Shown here one piece after another: positions 25,850 through 34,616 of a stretch of DNA of 64,000 bases. The DNA comes from a virus. The stretch lies in IMG/VR virus record IMGVR_UViG_3300018719_000001, one strand, 5' to 3'. Each line of letters opens with the position of its first letter. Positions within the stretch are counted from its first letter, which is position 1. The notes beneath the pieces are model-generated. The model ran no database searches and was not told the origin of the DNA. It saw only the letters and a list, made by a program, of their open reading frames with translations. The position numbers and the translations under genes were made by a program.

Positions 25850-25869
25850 TAAGTTACAACATTTAATGT

Positions 25870-25903
25870 GGACGTTTAGGTCAACGATCTTACGTCCTTT
25901 TTT
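25870..25903 (+). terminator. rho-independent terminator
   Basis: GGACGT...ACGTCC hairpin + TTTTTT. Confidence 0.65.
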
Positions 25904-26145
25904 CATGCACCCTTGTTTAATCTGTCGATTGAGAAAATGCTTGTTTTTGGTAAAGTGATAAGGGTTTTACGATAGCAAATTCGATAACAAGGATAGTCGA
26001 TTTTGGAGGTAGAGATTGATGTCGGTCGATTTGGGTTCGCGGTCGCGGGAAGGGTGTGCTAGGGGGATTTGTCAGAAAATTCTGACATTTAAAGGTTAAA
26101 ACCACCCCCCTACCCCTGCCCTAATATCCCTAGTTATTAGGCGGC

Positions 26146-26410
26146 TGTCAACCTAGCACAGATCAATGTGTTTGTCAAGAGGAATGTGTGTTCTATCTGA
26201 TCATTGATAGTCATTATCAATTGACCTACCAACACGACACTAAACACTTGACATATGAGCCATTGTGTGATAGTGATATCGGTACTAGTAACACAGATCG
26301 CAGGGCTTGACACCCCACACCAGCCTATCAGCCCATCACTCTCATCAATCATCACCTACCACAACCGTAGCCACTTGTCAACCTATCTACAAATCAGCTA
26401 CTTGTCAAGC
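26146..26410. repeat. array of seven CTTG(T/A)CAA(C) boxes
   Basis: Boxes at about 26146, 26172, 26220, 26247, 26306, 26374, 26401 in ORF-free DNA. Preceded by palindrome TGTCAGAA-AA-TTCTGACA at 26067. Confidence 0.5.
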
Positions 26411-27010
26411 ACCATAATCCCTACTGCTATTTCCTTATTTAAACATATCGCTCCCAAATGTAAACATCTATTCATCAACATTGTTATCGAACATTCCTTA
26501 ATATATCTTATATATCTCTACCCTATCTATTTGTGTCTACTACAATAAGTAATAATATTATATTAATTATCTCCTTATCTATCACCATTCACAATTATTA
26601 TATCTTACTTTAATAGAACATATACGCATACATTAATACATACTACATAATAGCATACTTACTTATATTACTAATATTCATGCTATCTATCATCATATTA
26701 TATTTACATATACTAATATATTCACAAATACTATTAACTTATATCTATTCATACACACTATCACCTACTATTATATATGTGATTAATAAATATAATTGCA
26801 TAAGTCCATTTACTTATTATAGTACACCTTATAGCATTAAACAGTAATATGCACTTATATTTATTAATATAGCATACCATTCTTTGCTTATTATATAATT
26901 AATGATTTGCTACCCATACAATTATCATATAATCATCCATTAGTAAATACTTACTAATATTATAATACAACATACAAATAAACACTAACTCACACTTACT
27001 AATTAATAAT
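26330..27010 (+). other. ORF-free A/T/C-only (G-depleted) tract
   Basis: By eye, only a few dozen G in ~680 nt of the + strand; very AT-rich; no periodic repeat. Confidence 0.7.
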
Positions 27011-27013
27011 AGT

Positions 27014-27170
27014 CAGAAAATTACGTGTATTCAACAACATGTTGAAAATGAGAGCTATCAGACCTTCTAAAAGCCCTCTATTTGCCCTTATACGCTGTTT
27101 TACCCCCTTTCTGGTACAACCTATTTCAGATCGAAAGAAACAGCCCTTAGAAACGAATTTTAAACTTTAT
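27014..27170 (+). repeat. noncoding repeat module, copy A
   Basis: CAGAAAATTACGTGTATTCAACAACATGTTGAAA...CTTCTAAAAGCCCTCTATTTG...GTTTTACCCC...AGCCCTTAGAA; paralogous to 27464 and 41375. Confidence 0.6.
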
Positions 27171-27463
27171 GCAGAATCCTATGCAACTATTCAACCGATT
27201 ATTTCCCAAAATAGAGCACTTGACAGAATATCAAAGACTTGTTCCGCCTTATATATCAAGGCTTCCCGGAATTGTTTGTGGGAAATAAACAATTCTGCGC
27301 ATTGCATATTCTGCATACGTATTCATAGCTATTAAACTTAAACGTCGAAAATTGCCTATTGACAACTATCATATGAGTATGTTACCATTAAGAGTTAGAC
27401 TTTGATTGCCAATCATTAATATTGTTAATTTCTCACTTACGTTACCATACTAAAGAAACAATT

Positions 27464-27620
27464 CAGACAATTGCGTGTATTCAACAATGTGTTGAAAAAT
27501 GATCGTTTTGACGAATGCGACACCTTCTATAAGCCCTCTATTTGGCTCTGTATTGCGTTTTACCCCTTCTCAGCTATAGCCTATTTGGGAATCAAAAACA
27601 AAGCCCTTAGAAGGCAAATG
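27464..27620 (+). repeat. noncoding repeat module, copy B
   Basis: Collinear with 27014..27170 (same block order). Confidence 0.6.
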
Positions 27621-28026
27621 TATAAAAATCCATATTTGACAAACTGATAATTGTGTGAAACCCTTGATATTGCTAGGTTTTCTAGTGCTTGACAAATATC
27701 AATATTCATGCATCATCTTCATATATGCATCATTAATGCATAAAGATGCAATAGAGGGGCATATTGACAAACGACAACTATGTATGATATAATTGTCTGT
27801 TATGCATTAATCAGAGTTAAACAAACCACGCGAAGCGATTCATATTCGTTTAATTAGCTATTTTCTCCTTTATTAAGGAAAAATTAAACACTTGAATCAT
27901 GTGCGCGATTATATCATACAATAATATCGCTTGTCAAGAATTTTCTTGTCAGTACATACGTTCTTGTACTCGTACACAGTGTATTATATGAAGCGAAAAA
28001 TTTTTCCAGTAATTAATCAAAACCTA

Positions 28027-28056
28027 TTGACAGATTGCAAATTTGATTGTTACTAT
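28027..28056 (+). promoter_or_regulatory. early promoter
   Basis: TTGACA-18-TACTAT followed by conserved CAAGATG. Confidence 0.6.
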
Positions 28057-28104
28057 CAAGATGCACCACAAAACACGCCGAACGGCAAAAGGAGACAATT
28101 ACAT

Positions 28105-28437
28105 ATGGAAATCACACTCGATAAGTTCAAAGAAGTCAGCAACGTTATTGCCAATGTAGAACAATGGTTAGAGCTTGGCGGTGACAATCGTAAATGGGCA
28201 ATCGAAGCTATCAAGACATTGGAAGCAGTCGGTTTTGTCCGCAATCGAGACAAAGAACGACTGTTCGAACGAACAGCTATTCTAGACTACAATGCGACAC
28301 TCGTTCACGAGATCAAGGGCAAGACGTTCTATCTTGGTTCAAAACATCAAATCTCGTTTACGGTTCAAATCTCTCAACTGCCAGACATGACATTTACAAT
28401 GTCTTCCAGTGAGAACAATCCGTTCCCAAGAGCCTAA
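28105..28437 (+). CDS. hypothetical early protein
   Basis: ATG 28105 in GGAGACAATTACATATG context; track start 27931 lies upstream of the promoter. Confidence 0.6.
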   Translation: MEITLDKFKEVSNVIANVEQWLELGGDNRKWAIEAIKTLEAVGFVRNRDKERLFERTAILDYNATLVHEIKGKTFYLGSKHQISFTVQISQLPDMTFTMSSSENNPFPRA

Positions 28438-28440
28438 CAG

Positions 28441-28463
28441 CCGTCCTAATGGGCGGTTTTTCT
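28441..28463 (+). terminator. rho-independent terminator
   Basis: CCGTCC-TAAT-GGGCGG + T-run. Confidence 0.65.
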
Positions 28464-28505
28464 TTGTGTACAATTATCTGAAAATTGCGTCTGTTCATCG
28501 AAGTG

Positions 28506-28535
28506 TTGACAATTCTTAGCTTCATCTTGTATTAT
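28506..28535 (+). promoter_or_regulatory. early promoter (CAGAAAATT...GTGTTGACA class)
   Basis: TTGACA-18-TATTAT; upstream CTGAAAATTGCGTCTGTTCATCGAAGTG. Confidence 0.6.
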
Positions 28536-28585
28536 CAAGATGCAAGACAACGAAAACACGCCGCAAGGCATAGGAGGAATTACAT

Positions 28586-28966
28586 ATGATGAACAACCAA
28601 GAACAAAACCAAGTTCGCGCAATGTCTCTGATCGGGCGCACGATGAACATTCAACCGAAAGATCAAACGAAAATCATCAAAAATGTTCGCCTGATCGACG
28701 TAAAAGCCCCAAATGTCGTGTTTCAATACGAAAGCGGCGACAAACAAGGCGAAACGTTCGAACTAGAAGCAAATTCGTTCCTGTGGGAAGCACTGAACAG
28801 CAAAGAGGAAGGAGAAATCTGGCACCACGAATCTACCAAGAATCAACTCTTGGAAGCATACGGTGATGAAGTGCCTGACAGAGTAAGGGATTTTGTTGCT
28901 GAACACATCGACAAACCACTGAAAGAACTGTACGCAATCGTTGAAGCGCGAAGCAAAGAGCAATAA
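28586..28966 (+). CDS. hypothetical early protein
   Basis: TAGGAGGAATTACATATG start context. Confidence 0.65.
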   Translation: MMNNQEQNQVRAMSLIGRTMNIQPKDQTKIIKNVRLIDVKAPNVVFQYESGDKQGETFELEANSFLWEALNSKEEGEIWHHESTKNQLLEAYGDEVPDRVRDFVAEHIDKPLKELYAIVEARSKEQ

Positions 28967-29089
28967 GCCGTCCTAGCGGCTCAAAACAGCCCTTTAAGCT
29001 AGGAGCGTCTACCCCGAAAGGGGTAGGGTAGGGTATATCCCTAAAACATCACAGAAAGCCCGCTAGGGGCTTTAGGAGGTCAATTACAT

Positions 29090-29257
29090 ATGGAACTAAC
29101 GATCAAGTTGGAAGGTCAAATTTTGGAAATTCACCAAGGGGAACAAAAATTGATCACTGCTACGGTGTGGAGTGCTTCAACAGTTGAGGAGTTGAAAACC
29201 GATCCTCAAAAGCTCCTGACATATGCTAGTGCGGTTTTGGAAGAAAACCGAGAATAA
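29090..29257 (+). CDS. hypothetical early protein (55 aa)
   Basis: Own translation; AGGAGGTCAATTACATATG context; terminator follows; below ORF-track cutoff. Confidence 0.5.
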   Translation: MELTIKLEGQILEIHQGEQKLITATVWSASTVEELKTDPQKLLTYASAVLEENRE

Positions 29258-29266
29258 ACAGCATCG

Positions 29267-29294
29267 ACCGCCAGTTTTTGGCGGTTTTTATTTT
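29267..29294 (+). terminator. rho-independent terminator
   Basis: ACCGCC...GGCGGT + TTTTTATTTT. Confidence 0.7.
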
Positions 29295-29304
29295 CAACAC
29301 AGTG

Positions 29305-29334
29305 TTGACAACGCTTCAAAAACTATGATATTAT
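29305..29334 (+). promoter_or_regulatory. early promoter (TTCAACANNGTGTTGACA class)
   Basis: TTGACA-18-TATTAT then CAAGATG. Confidence 0.6.
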
Positions 29335-29389
29335 CAAGATGCACCACAAATCAAATAAAAGCCTAGCGGCTTATAGGAGGTAATTACAT

Positions 29390-29812
29390 ATGAAAATCAA
29401 ATTTAATCATCAGGGCGACCAAATCAATGACGTTTGGGTTTGGTTGACGAACGATGAAATGGATAAATTTGGGCGCAAACAAGAACTTTGCGTGGAAAAC
29501 CTTTTCGGAGTGGATTCGCACATGCCGAAAGATGGAGCTTATGAAACCATGATAACCCTTGGTACGTTTGGCGGTAAAAAGCCTTGCATCGTGTATCATG
29601 TCACTGTTAAGCGTAGCAAAATTCATCCTGAAAACTGTTTTGTGGAGTACGAACTTTTGACCAAGCACATGCATGGTAGCGACGAACGTGTAAGCATGAG
29701 CCATGTAAAAAAATATGAGTTCTATTGCAAGTTCACGCAACGCCGCAATACTCTTGAAAAGTTCATTCGTAAGCTGATTAAAGACGGTCATATGAACTTC
29801 TTCACCAAGTAA
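29390..29812 (+). CDS. hypothetical early protein
   Basis: TAGGAGGTAATTACATATG context. Confidence 0.65.
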   Translation: MKIKFNHQGDQINDVWVWLTNDEMDKFGRKQELCVENLFGVDSHMPKDGAYETMITLGTFGGKKPCIVYHVTVKRSKIHPENCFVEYELLTKHMHGSDERVSMSHVKKYEFYCKFTQRRNTLEKFIRKLIKDGHMNFFTK

Positions 29813-29835
29813 ACCACCCATATGGGTGGTTTTTG
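29812..29835 (+). terminator. rho-independent terminator
   Basis: AACCACCCA-TA-TGGGTGGTT + TTT. Confidence 0.7.
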
Positions 29836-29858
29836 TTATGTAAGATACAAAATAATGC

Positions 29859-29887
29859 TTGACATATCATCAAAAAGGGCGTAATAT
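29859..29887 (+). promoter_or_regulatory. early promoter
   Basis: TTGACA-17-TAATAT then CAAGAG. Confidence 0.6.
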
Positions 29888-29944
29888 CAAGAGTAGCAAG
29901 ACAAACAACGAAAACACGCCGCAAGGCATAGGAGGAATTACATA

Positions 29945-30355
29945 ATGATCAAGCAATACACTTACAGCGAAAATCAAGTTAAAGCGGGCAAGCTGTTGAA
30001 CAAGCTCTATCCGCTCAACAATCATCCGATGCATGAAGTCAGAGCGGAAGTCAAGCGACTGGTAGGAATTGCGGTTGCGAATGGCGGTTCGTTCAAAGTT
30101 GTAAATGATACGCTCCAAATTCGCTACTGTGGGTTCGACTTCGAAGTAAAAAGCGTAAACGGTATTTGCAAAGTTTACTTCGATGAAGAAGACTTTTTCT
30201 CCAAAGAAGAAAGTGAAGCGATCTACAGAAGCGAAATGAAAGCCGAATACGGTTGGTTGCACCGCGCCGAAAGTTCAGGCGAACGCCTTGACCCGCATGG
30301 ATACGAAATCGAACGTCAAATGTGGGACATCGACCCACAAATCTCCTGCCACTAG
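29945..30355 (+). CDS. hypothetical early protein
   Basis: Leader identical to that of 28586 gene; GGAGGAATTACATAATG; TAG stop inside the terminator hairpin. Confidence 0.65.
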   Translation: MIKQYTYSENQVKAGKLLNKLYPLNNHPMHEVRAEVKRLVGIAVANGGSFKVVNDTLQIRYCGFDFEVKSVNGICKVYFDEEDFFSKEESEAIYRSEMKAEYGWLHRAESSGERLDPHGYEIERQMWDIDPQISCH

Positions 30356-30370
30356 GCAGGAGATTTTTAT
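30341..30370 (+). terminator. rho-independent terminator
   Basis: ATCTCCTGCC-ACTA-GGCAGGAGAT + TTTTT. Confidence 0.75.
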
Positions 30371-30451
30371 TTCAACAAAGTGTTGACTTATGCTTTTGTA
30401 GCGAGTAAAATAATACTTGTAAGGCAATCACATCAAACAAGTGAAGGGGTA

Positions 30452-30763
30452 ATGAAAATGAAAACAAGCCTCAAACATGGTAATGCTATCGCTCGTCGTC
30501 TTTACAATGTTGTAAGAAAAGGAGAGCCACAACTTGTGCCCGCTGTACAGGCTATTGTAAAAGAAACTTTCACGAATGGGAAATTGGTGTTAGAAGAAAA
30601 GCAAAGCGTACTGTTCGTACAAAGCGATACGGCTGGTTTGGCAGATGTTGGGTTTCTCCTAACGGGAGAGGTTTTCGAACCTATCGGTTTGTCGATAGAC
30701 AAAAAGACTATAGGCAAATACTTTGAGATCAAAGGACAGGGCAAGGTAAAACAGTGGAAGTAA
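30452..30763 (+). CDS. hypothetical early protein
   Basis: ATG 30452 after GAAGGGG; track start 30380 lies inside the promoter. Confidence 0.55.
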   Translation: MKMKTSLKHGNAIARRLYNVVRKGEPQLVPAVQAIVKETFTNGKLVLEEKQSVLFVQSDTAGLADVGFLLTGEVFEPIGLSIDKKTIGKYFEIKGQGKVKQWK

Positions 30764-30804
30764 GATGGCATTAATTACATAGCGCGTAGCGCAAGGGGGA
30801 AATT

Positions 30805-31098
30805 ATGATGGCTGTTAAAATCAACGAACAAGGTAAGAAAGAAGCAAGCGTCCGTCATTGCGGAACAATAATCACCTTCACTGAAGGTGAAGGTGCAACA
30901 GTCGATCATGCTGAAGGATTTGAGAAACCGAAATTTGTTGGCTTTCTTCTCTACAAGGGAATCAATTGGGAAACTGGTCAGTTTGAAACCGATATGGGCA
31001 TCTATCAGATGAAGTATCCTAACCTTATGCCTGAACTGCGTGAGCTTGTTAGAAAGTACGAATATGAGGTATGCGGTCATACGAACACCTCCAAATAA
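30805..31098 (+). CDS. hypothetical early protein
   Basis: Promoter-less junction AATTACATA-GCGCGTAGCGC hairpin-AAGGGGG SD. Confidence 0.6.
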   Translation: MMAVKINEQGKKEASVRHCGTIITFTEGEGATVDHAEGFEKPKFVGFLLYKGINWETGQFETDMGIYQMKYPNLMPELRELVRKYEYEVCGHTNTSK

Positions 31099-31122
31099 AC
31101 CACCCGAAAGGGTGGTTTTTCT
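31099..31122 (+). terminator. rho-independent terminator
   Basis: CCACCC-GAAA-GGGTGG + T-run. Confidence 0.75.
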
Positions 31123-31124
31123 TA

Positions 31125-31154
31125 TTGACATGAACGTTTGCGCGTGTTACTATC
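31125..31154 (+). promoter_or_regulatory. early promoter
   Basis: TTGACA-18-TACTAT then CAAGACG. Confidence 0.6.
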
Positions 31155-31200
31155 AAGACGTACCAATTACATAGCGCAACGGCGCATGGAGGTTATCAAC

Positions 31201-31743
31201 ATGGGCAAGCAGTTTACAACCTACACCAAAAAGCAGTTTTACTTCTTCTTGATTCAAACCATGAAAGAGCTTAAAATGTACGGCAAGTGCTTGGAAGTCA
31301 CTGAACAATTCCCCGATACGTGGGAAGCGGTGTATAGCATCCCCACTCGAAACAAATCGGTTGACATCGTGGTTTACTCCTCAGTAGACCTTCGCACCCA
31401 ACGCACACGCGATAAGGGCGCAGACATGGTTAGAATCGTACTTCGGTGGAAAACGAAAGACGGTTTCATGTACAAGCGCATTGCACACCGTGAAAGACTT
31501 GTGACGCTGTTCGCGAACGTCAAAAAGAGCATAGCGGACGCAAACGAAAAGGCGTTCGGTCTGAAGTGGAACGAGTTCCAGCCCATGACGGACTACAAGC
31601 CGCAAGAAACGCCGCAAGCACCGCAAGAGGAGCAAGAGGAGCAACAACCCGAAACGCCACTCACACCGTTTGAAAAGCACTTGGAAGACATGGCGTACAC
31701 ATGGGAAGCACAACGCGCATACGAACAAGGTCACATCTACTAA
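31201..31743 (+). CDS. hypothetical early protein (Q/E/P-rich C-terminus)
   Basis: ATG 31201 after ATGGAGG; box and hairpin upstream. Confidence 0.6.
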   Translation: MGKQFTTYTKKQFYFFLIQTMKELKMYGKCLEVTEQFPDTWEAVYSIPTRNKSVDIVVYSSVDLRTQRTRDKGADMVRIVLRWKTKDGFMYKRIAHRERLVTLFANVKKSIADANEKAFGLKWNEFQPMTDYKPQETPQAPQEEQEEQQPETPLTPFEKHLEDMAYTWEAQRAYEQGHIY

Positions 31744-31744
31744 G

Positions 31745-31769
31745 CCACCCGTTCGGGTGGTTTTCTTTT
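31745..31769 (+). terminator. rho-independent terminator
   Basis: CCACCC-GTTC-GGGTGG + T-run. Confidence 0.75.
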
Positions 31770-31895
31770 GCCCACAGAAGCCCCTAGAATCCTCTGTAAG
31801 CGTTTCTGTGTGTTGGTAGGTACATTGGGTATGCCTAGACGGAAAGACGGCTCTAAGAGCCATACAGGAGCTTGGTAGAGGTTTTCAATTGTCTG

Positions 31896-31924
31896 TTGAC
31901 AATTGATATTGAATCATGTACTAT
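31896..31924 (+). promoter_or_regulatory. early promoter (TTTTCAATTGNCTGTTGACA class)
   Basis: TTGACA-17-TACTAT. Confidence 0.6.
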
Positions 31925-31971
31925 AAAAGAGCATCAATTACATATCTTGAAAACAATTGGAGGGCTGTCAA

Positions 31972-32271
31972 TTGAAAATCGTTGAGAAGCAATTGAAGAT
32001 CGTTGGGGTTCACTCTAAAGCAATGCGGGACTATTGTTACAAAGAGGGGAGCGTTGTTCCTCATCATCTTGCACAAGCACTTTCTGCTAACATGTCAAAC
32101 ATGCAGAATGCGGTAGAAAACTGCGACAAAGATTGGGCTAGAGAGCTACAAAATGAAAGATTTTATCTTTACATCGAAGCGCGAAAGCTATTCGGTTTGA
32201 ATATGAGCCAAATGAATTGGCTATTGTGGGAAGAATTTAAGCATGAAATCACTGACTTTAAAGTCCGATAA
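31972..32271 (+). CDS. hypothetical early protein
   Basis: TTG 31972 after GGAGGG (track TTG 31957 overlaps the SD). Confidence 0.5.
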   Translation: MKIVEKQLKIVGVHSKAMRDYCYKEGSVVPHHLAQALSANMSNMQNAVENCDKDWARELQNERFYLYIEARKLFGLNMSQMNWLLWEEFKHEITDFKVR

Positions 32272-32289
32272 TAGGGGGTGCAACAGAGG

Positions 32290-32388
32290 TTGACACGCTC
32301 TCAACAAATGGCAATCATAGCACGGATGCAACGACAACAGGCGATGAAATGCCTACTAGTTGTAGGTAAAATATCATTGAAGAAGTAA
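32290..32388 (+). CDS. candidate 26-32-aa basic peptide
   Basis: Own translation (M)TRSQQMAIIARMQRQQAMKCLLVVGKISLKK; GGGGGTG SD; terminator follows. Confidence 0.25.
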   Translation: MTRSQQMAIIARMQRQQAMKCLLVVGKISLKK

Positions 32389-32414
32389 CCGCCCGTTTTG
32401 GCGGTTTTTCTTTT
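32388..32414 (+). terminator. rho-independent terminator
   Basis: ACCGCC...GGCGGT + T-run. Confidence 0.7.
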
Positions 32415-32424
32415 CAATTGCTTG

Positions 32425-32453
32425 TTGACTATTATCTAAAAATATGTTATGAT
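32425..32453 (+). promoter_or_regulatory. orphan early-type promoter (no ORF for ~170 nt)
   Basis: TTGACT-17-TATGAT with TTTTCAATTGCTTG upstream. Confidence 0.55.
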
Positions 32454-32460
32454 AGAAGCA

Positions 32461-32625
32461 CGAGCGGTGGCAAGGCAAGTGTCGAATGGGAGGGATGCTC
32501 ACTAACTTTAATGCGGTGAAGCATCAAACGAACAATTCTGAATAGTCGGTTTTCTCTTGCCAAAGGGGTAGTAGGGGAGAACGTCCAAAACGGCTTAGAA
32601 GGGAAGATAGAAGCCTTAGAGTTGA
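32461..32625 (+). ncRNA. candidate noncoding transcript / repeat module X
   Basis: Downstream of the orphan promoter; no ORF; ~120 nt collinear with 36031..36170 (GCGGTGAAGCA...ATAGTC.GTTTT...GGGG.AGT...GTCCAAA...ATAGAAGCCTTAG). Confidence 0.3.
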
Positions 32626-32649
32626 CATTATCGAATATTCAATTTCCTG

Positions 32650-32678
32650 TTGACACATGGAAAAAATCGCGATACTAT
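32650..32678 (+). promoter_or_regulatory. early promoter
   Basis: TTGACA-17-TACTAT then CAAGATGTACCAAACATCAAACATGCC leader shared with the 33041 gene. Confidence 0.6.
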
Positions 32679-32723
32679 CAAGATGTACCAAACATCAAAC
32701 ATGCCACTATTTGGGGGATTGTC

Positions 32724-32921
32724 ATGGAAAAGAAAAATCCTTATCTTGAGAAGAAACTATGGTCATTTCATGATGTTTATGGTTCTGTTATGAAACCAAA
32801 AACAGAACTAATTTTAATGGCGAAAGCAATAGGTTTGAAAGGTTATAGCAAAAAGAGTCAAAACGAATTAACTTGGTTAATTCTGGATGAATTAAAAAAG
32901 CAAGGCAAATATACTGGATGA
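32724..32921 (+). CDS. small protein with HeH/SAP (Rho-N-like) motif
   Basis: ATG 32724; ELILMAKAIGLKGYSKKSQNELTWLI resembles Rho N-terminal/HeH motif; track start lies in the promoter. Confidence 0.45.
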   Translation: MEKKNPYLEKKLWSFHDVYGSVMKPKTELILMAKAIGLKGYSKKSQNELTWLILDELKKQGKYTG

Positions 32922-32958
32922 CTAGCGTAAATTGCTAGTCATTTTTTTCAATTACCTG

Positions 32959-32987
32959 TTGACAGTTCATATTTTGTTTGATACTAT
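32959..32987 (+). promoter_or_regulatory. early promoter
   Basis: TTGACA-17-TACTAT; TTTTTCAATTACCTG upstream. Confidence 0.6.
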
Positions 32988-33040
32988 CAAGATGTACCAA
33001 ACATCAAACATGCCAAACGGCAAACAGGAGGAATTACATA

Positions 33041-33448
33041 ATGACTTGGCTAGCGTCTACGAAAGTCCAAGCGGGGAATCATATCATGGTGAAAGGTGCA
33101 GACGGCACAAAGGAAGCCGAAGTTCTGCATGTCGAGATCGAAAATCAATTCGTAACCTACTTTACTGAATCAGGTTATGCAGAAGTGTCCGTTGATCAGC
33201 TTATCTGCGTTTCTCCCTATGATACGCTAATGGGGATCGAAAGGGATATTGTGAAGTATGATGAAAACGCGCCACGATTCGCAAAACGGACGTATCCGCT
33301 GAAAGATGCAAAATATGTCTGTCAAGTTGGTGACATCTACCGAACGCAATTAGATGGCGATTATTGGGAAGTTCTGGAAGTGATTAGTCAACATGAAATC
33401 AACGATACCCAAGAAATCGTTCAAACGCTGAGAGTGAAAAAGTTCTAG
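33041..33448 (+). CDS. hypothetical early protein
   Basis: CAGGAGGAATTACATAATG context; TAG stop. Confidence 0.65.
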   Translation: MTWLASTKVQAGNHIMVKGADGTKEAEVLHVEIENQFVTYFTESGYAEVSVDQLICVSPYDTLMGIERDIVKYDENAPRFAKRTYPLKDAKYVCQVGDIYRTQLDGDYWEVLEVISQHEINDTQEIVQTLRVKKF

Positions 33449-33523
33449 CAACAAAAACCACCCTTTTGGGTGGTTTGTCTTTTATTTCAAATAAACAGAA
33501 TATTGCGTCTATTCAACAAGTTG

Positions 33524-33552
33524 TTGACAGATTTTAGAATATGAGGTATTAT
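33524..33552 (+). promoter_or_regulatory. early promoter
   Basis: TTGACA-17-TATTAT; CAGAATATTGCGTCTATTCAACAAGTTG upstream. Confidence 0.6.
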
Positions 33553-33618
33553 TTTAATCAAGAGGTTGGCACACCTCGAACCAATTACATAGCGCGTCAC
33601 GCGCAAGGAGGAATTTAA

Positions 33619-33993
33619 ATGTCTAACTCTGTTCGCTTCTACTTCTATACTGTCGATGGTCAACCGATTGAGACTAATCTCAGCAATCTTCCGATGTCTG
33701 GATGCTATGCGTCGATAGTTGTGAAGGTCGAAGGAGTTTGGAAGAAGAAACTTTGGAAAACCAAAAAAGGAAAAACGCTCTTTGGTCGCACGGAAATCAG
33801 AGTGTTTAAATCTCATAGCAGTTATGACTCGATTTCTATCACCGCAGATACTTTTGGGCACGATACGGTTATTGTAAAAGAGTGGAGTCCAGTAGAAACC
33901 GAATGGTTCGTGTTAACCAGACTGCAAGAAGGAGAAAGTTATGCTGATCGAGTAATTTTCGAAGGTGAACACGTAGCGGTTCATTTGAACTAG
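33619..33993 (+). CDS. hypothetical early protein
   Basis: AATTACATA-GCGCGTCACGCGC hairpin-AAGGAGG-ATG; TAG stop. Confidence 0.65.
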   Translation: MSNSVRFYFYTVDGQPIETNLSNLPMSGCYASIVVKVEGVWKKKLWKTKKGKTLFGRTEIRVFKSHSSYDSISITADTFGHDTVIVKEWSPVETEWFVLTRLQEGESYADRVIFEGEHVAVHLN

Positions 33994-34056
33994 CCCTAGT
34001 GGGCTAGTTTTCTTTTTGGAGTAATAAACTGAATATTTCGTAAATTCAACATAGTG

Positions 34057-34085
34057 TTGACATGTGTTCTGTGTTCCTGTATTCT
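34057..34085 (+). promoter_or_regulatory. early promoter
   Basis: TTGACA-17-TATTCT then TGTATCAAGA. Confidence 0.55.
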
Positions 34086-34139
34086 TGTATCAAGAAATAC
34101 ATTACATAGTCGCAAATGGCGACAAGGAGACGATACGAC

Positions 34140-34616
34140 ATGAAATACTTTGCTGGAATCACTACGATGGAAGAACTGAAGAAGGCTTACAAGCGTTTGG
34201 CAAAGAAATACCATCCTGACTTGAACGATCAGAATACAACCGCAATCATGGCAGAAATCAACACCGAATACGAGCGGATGGTTGAAATCTTCCAAATGGG
34301 TGGAGCGACCAACGCAAATGCTTTTGACGGATTCCGTGAATTCATCATGAAACTGCTGAAAGTCTTGGAGGATGTGGAAGACGTGACCGTCGAAATTTGC
34401 GGTTCGTGGGTGTGGGTGACTGGAAACACAAAACCCCATAAGGATAAGCTGAATAAGACAACGGGAGTTGGTATGCAGTACGCAAGCAAGAAACGCGCTT
34501 GGTACTGGTATGAAGGCGAATATGTCAAGAAATCCCGAAAAAATTACAACATGGAAGAGATTCGCGAAATGCACGGTTCGCACGTGATTAAAGAACAAAA
34601 AGCGCTCACCGCATAG
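34140..34616 (+). CDS. J-domain (DnaJ-like) protein
   Basis: ATG 34140 after AAGGAGA; ELKKAYKRLAKKYHPDLN with the HPD tripeptide; no DnaJ zinc-finger/CTD. Confidence 0.75.
   Translation: MKYFAGITTMEELKKAYKRLAKKYHPDLNDQNTTAIMAEINTEYERMVEIFQMGGATNANAFDGFREFIMKLLKVLEDVEDVTVEICGSWVWVTGNTKPHKDKLNKTTGVGMQYASKKRAWYWYEGEYVKKSRKNYNMEEIREMHGSHVIKEQKALTA

Noticed and set aside
26500-27010. Possible CRISPR array or tandem repeat in the AT-rich region, and in the GATACC repeats at 21.8 kb.
   Set aside because: There is no regularly spaced direct repeat of 24-40 bp with unique spacers; only compositional bias and two or three iterons.
29945-30763. The TAG stop of gene 29945..30355 is in frame with gene 30452..30763 with no intervening stop. 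Amber suppression could therefore fuse them.
   Set aside because: The junction contains a strong terminator and a full promoter. The frame match has a one-in-three chance and the open stretch is only about 100 nt, so this is probably coincidence. It is noted as a check under the suppressor-tRNA finding.
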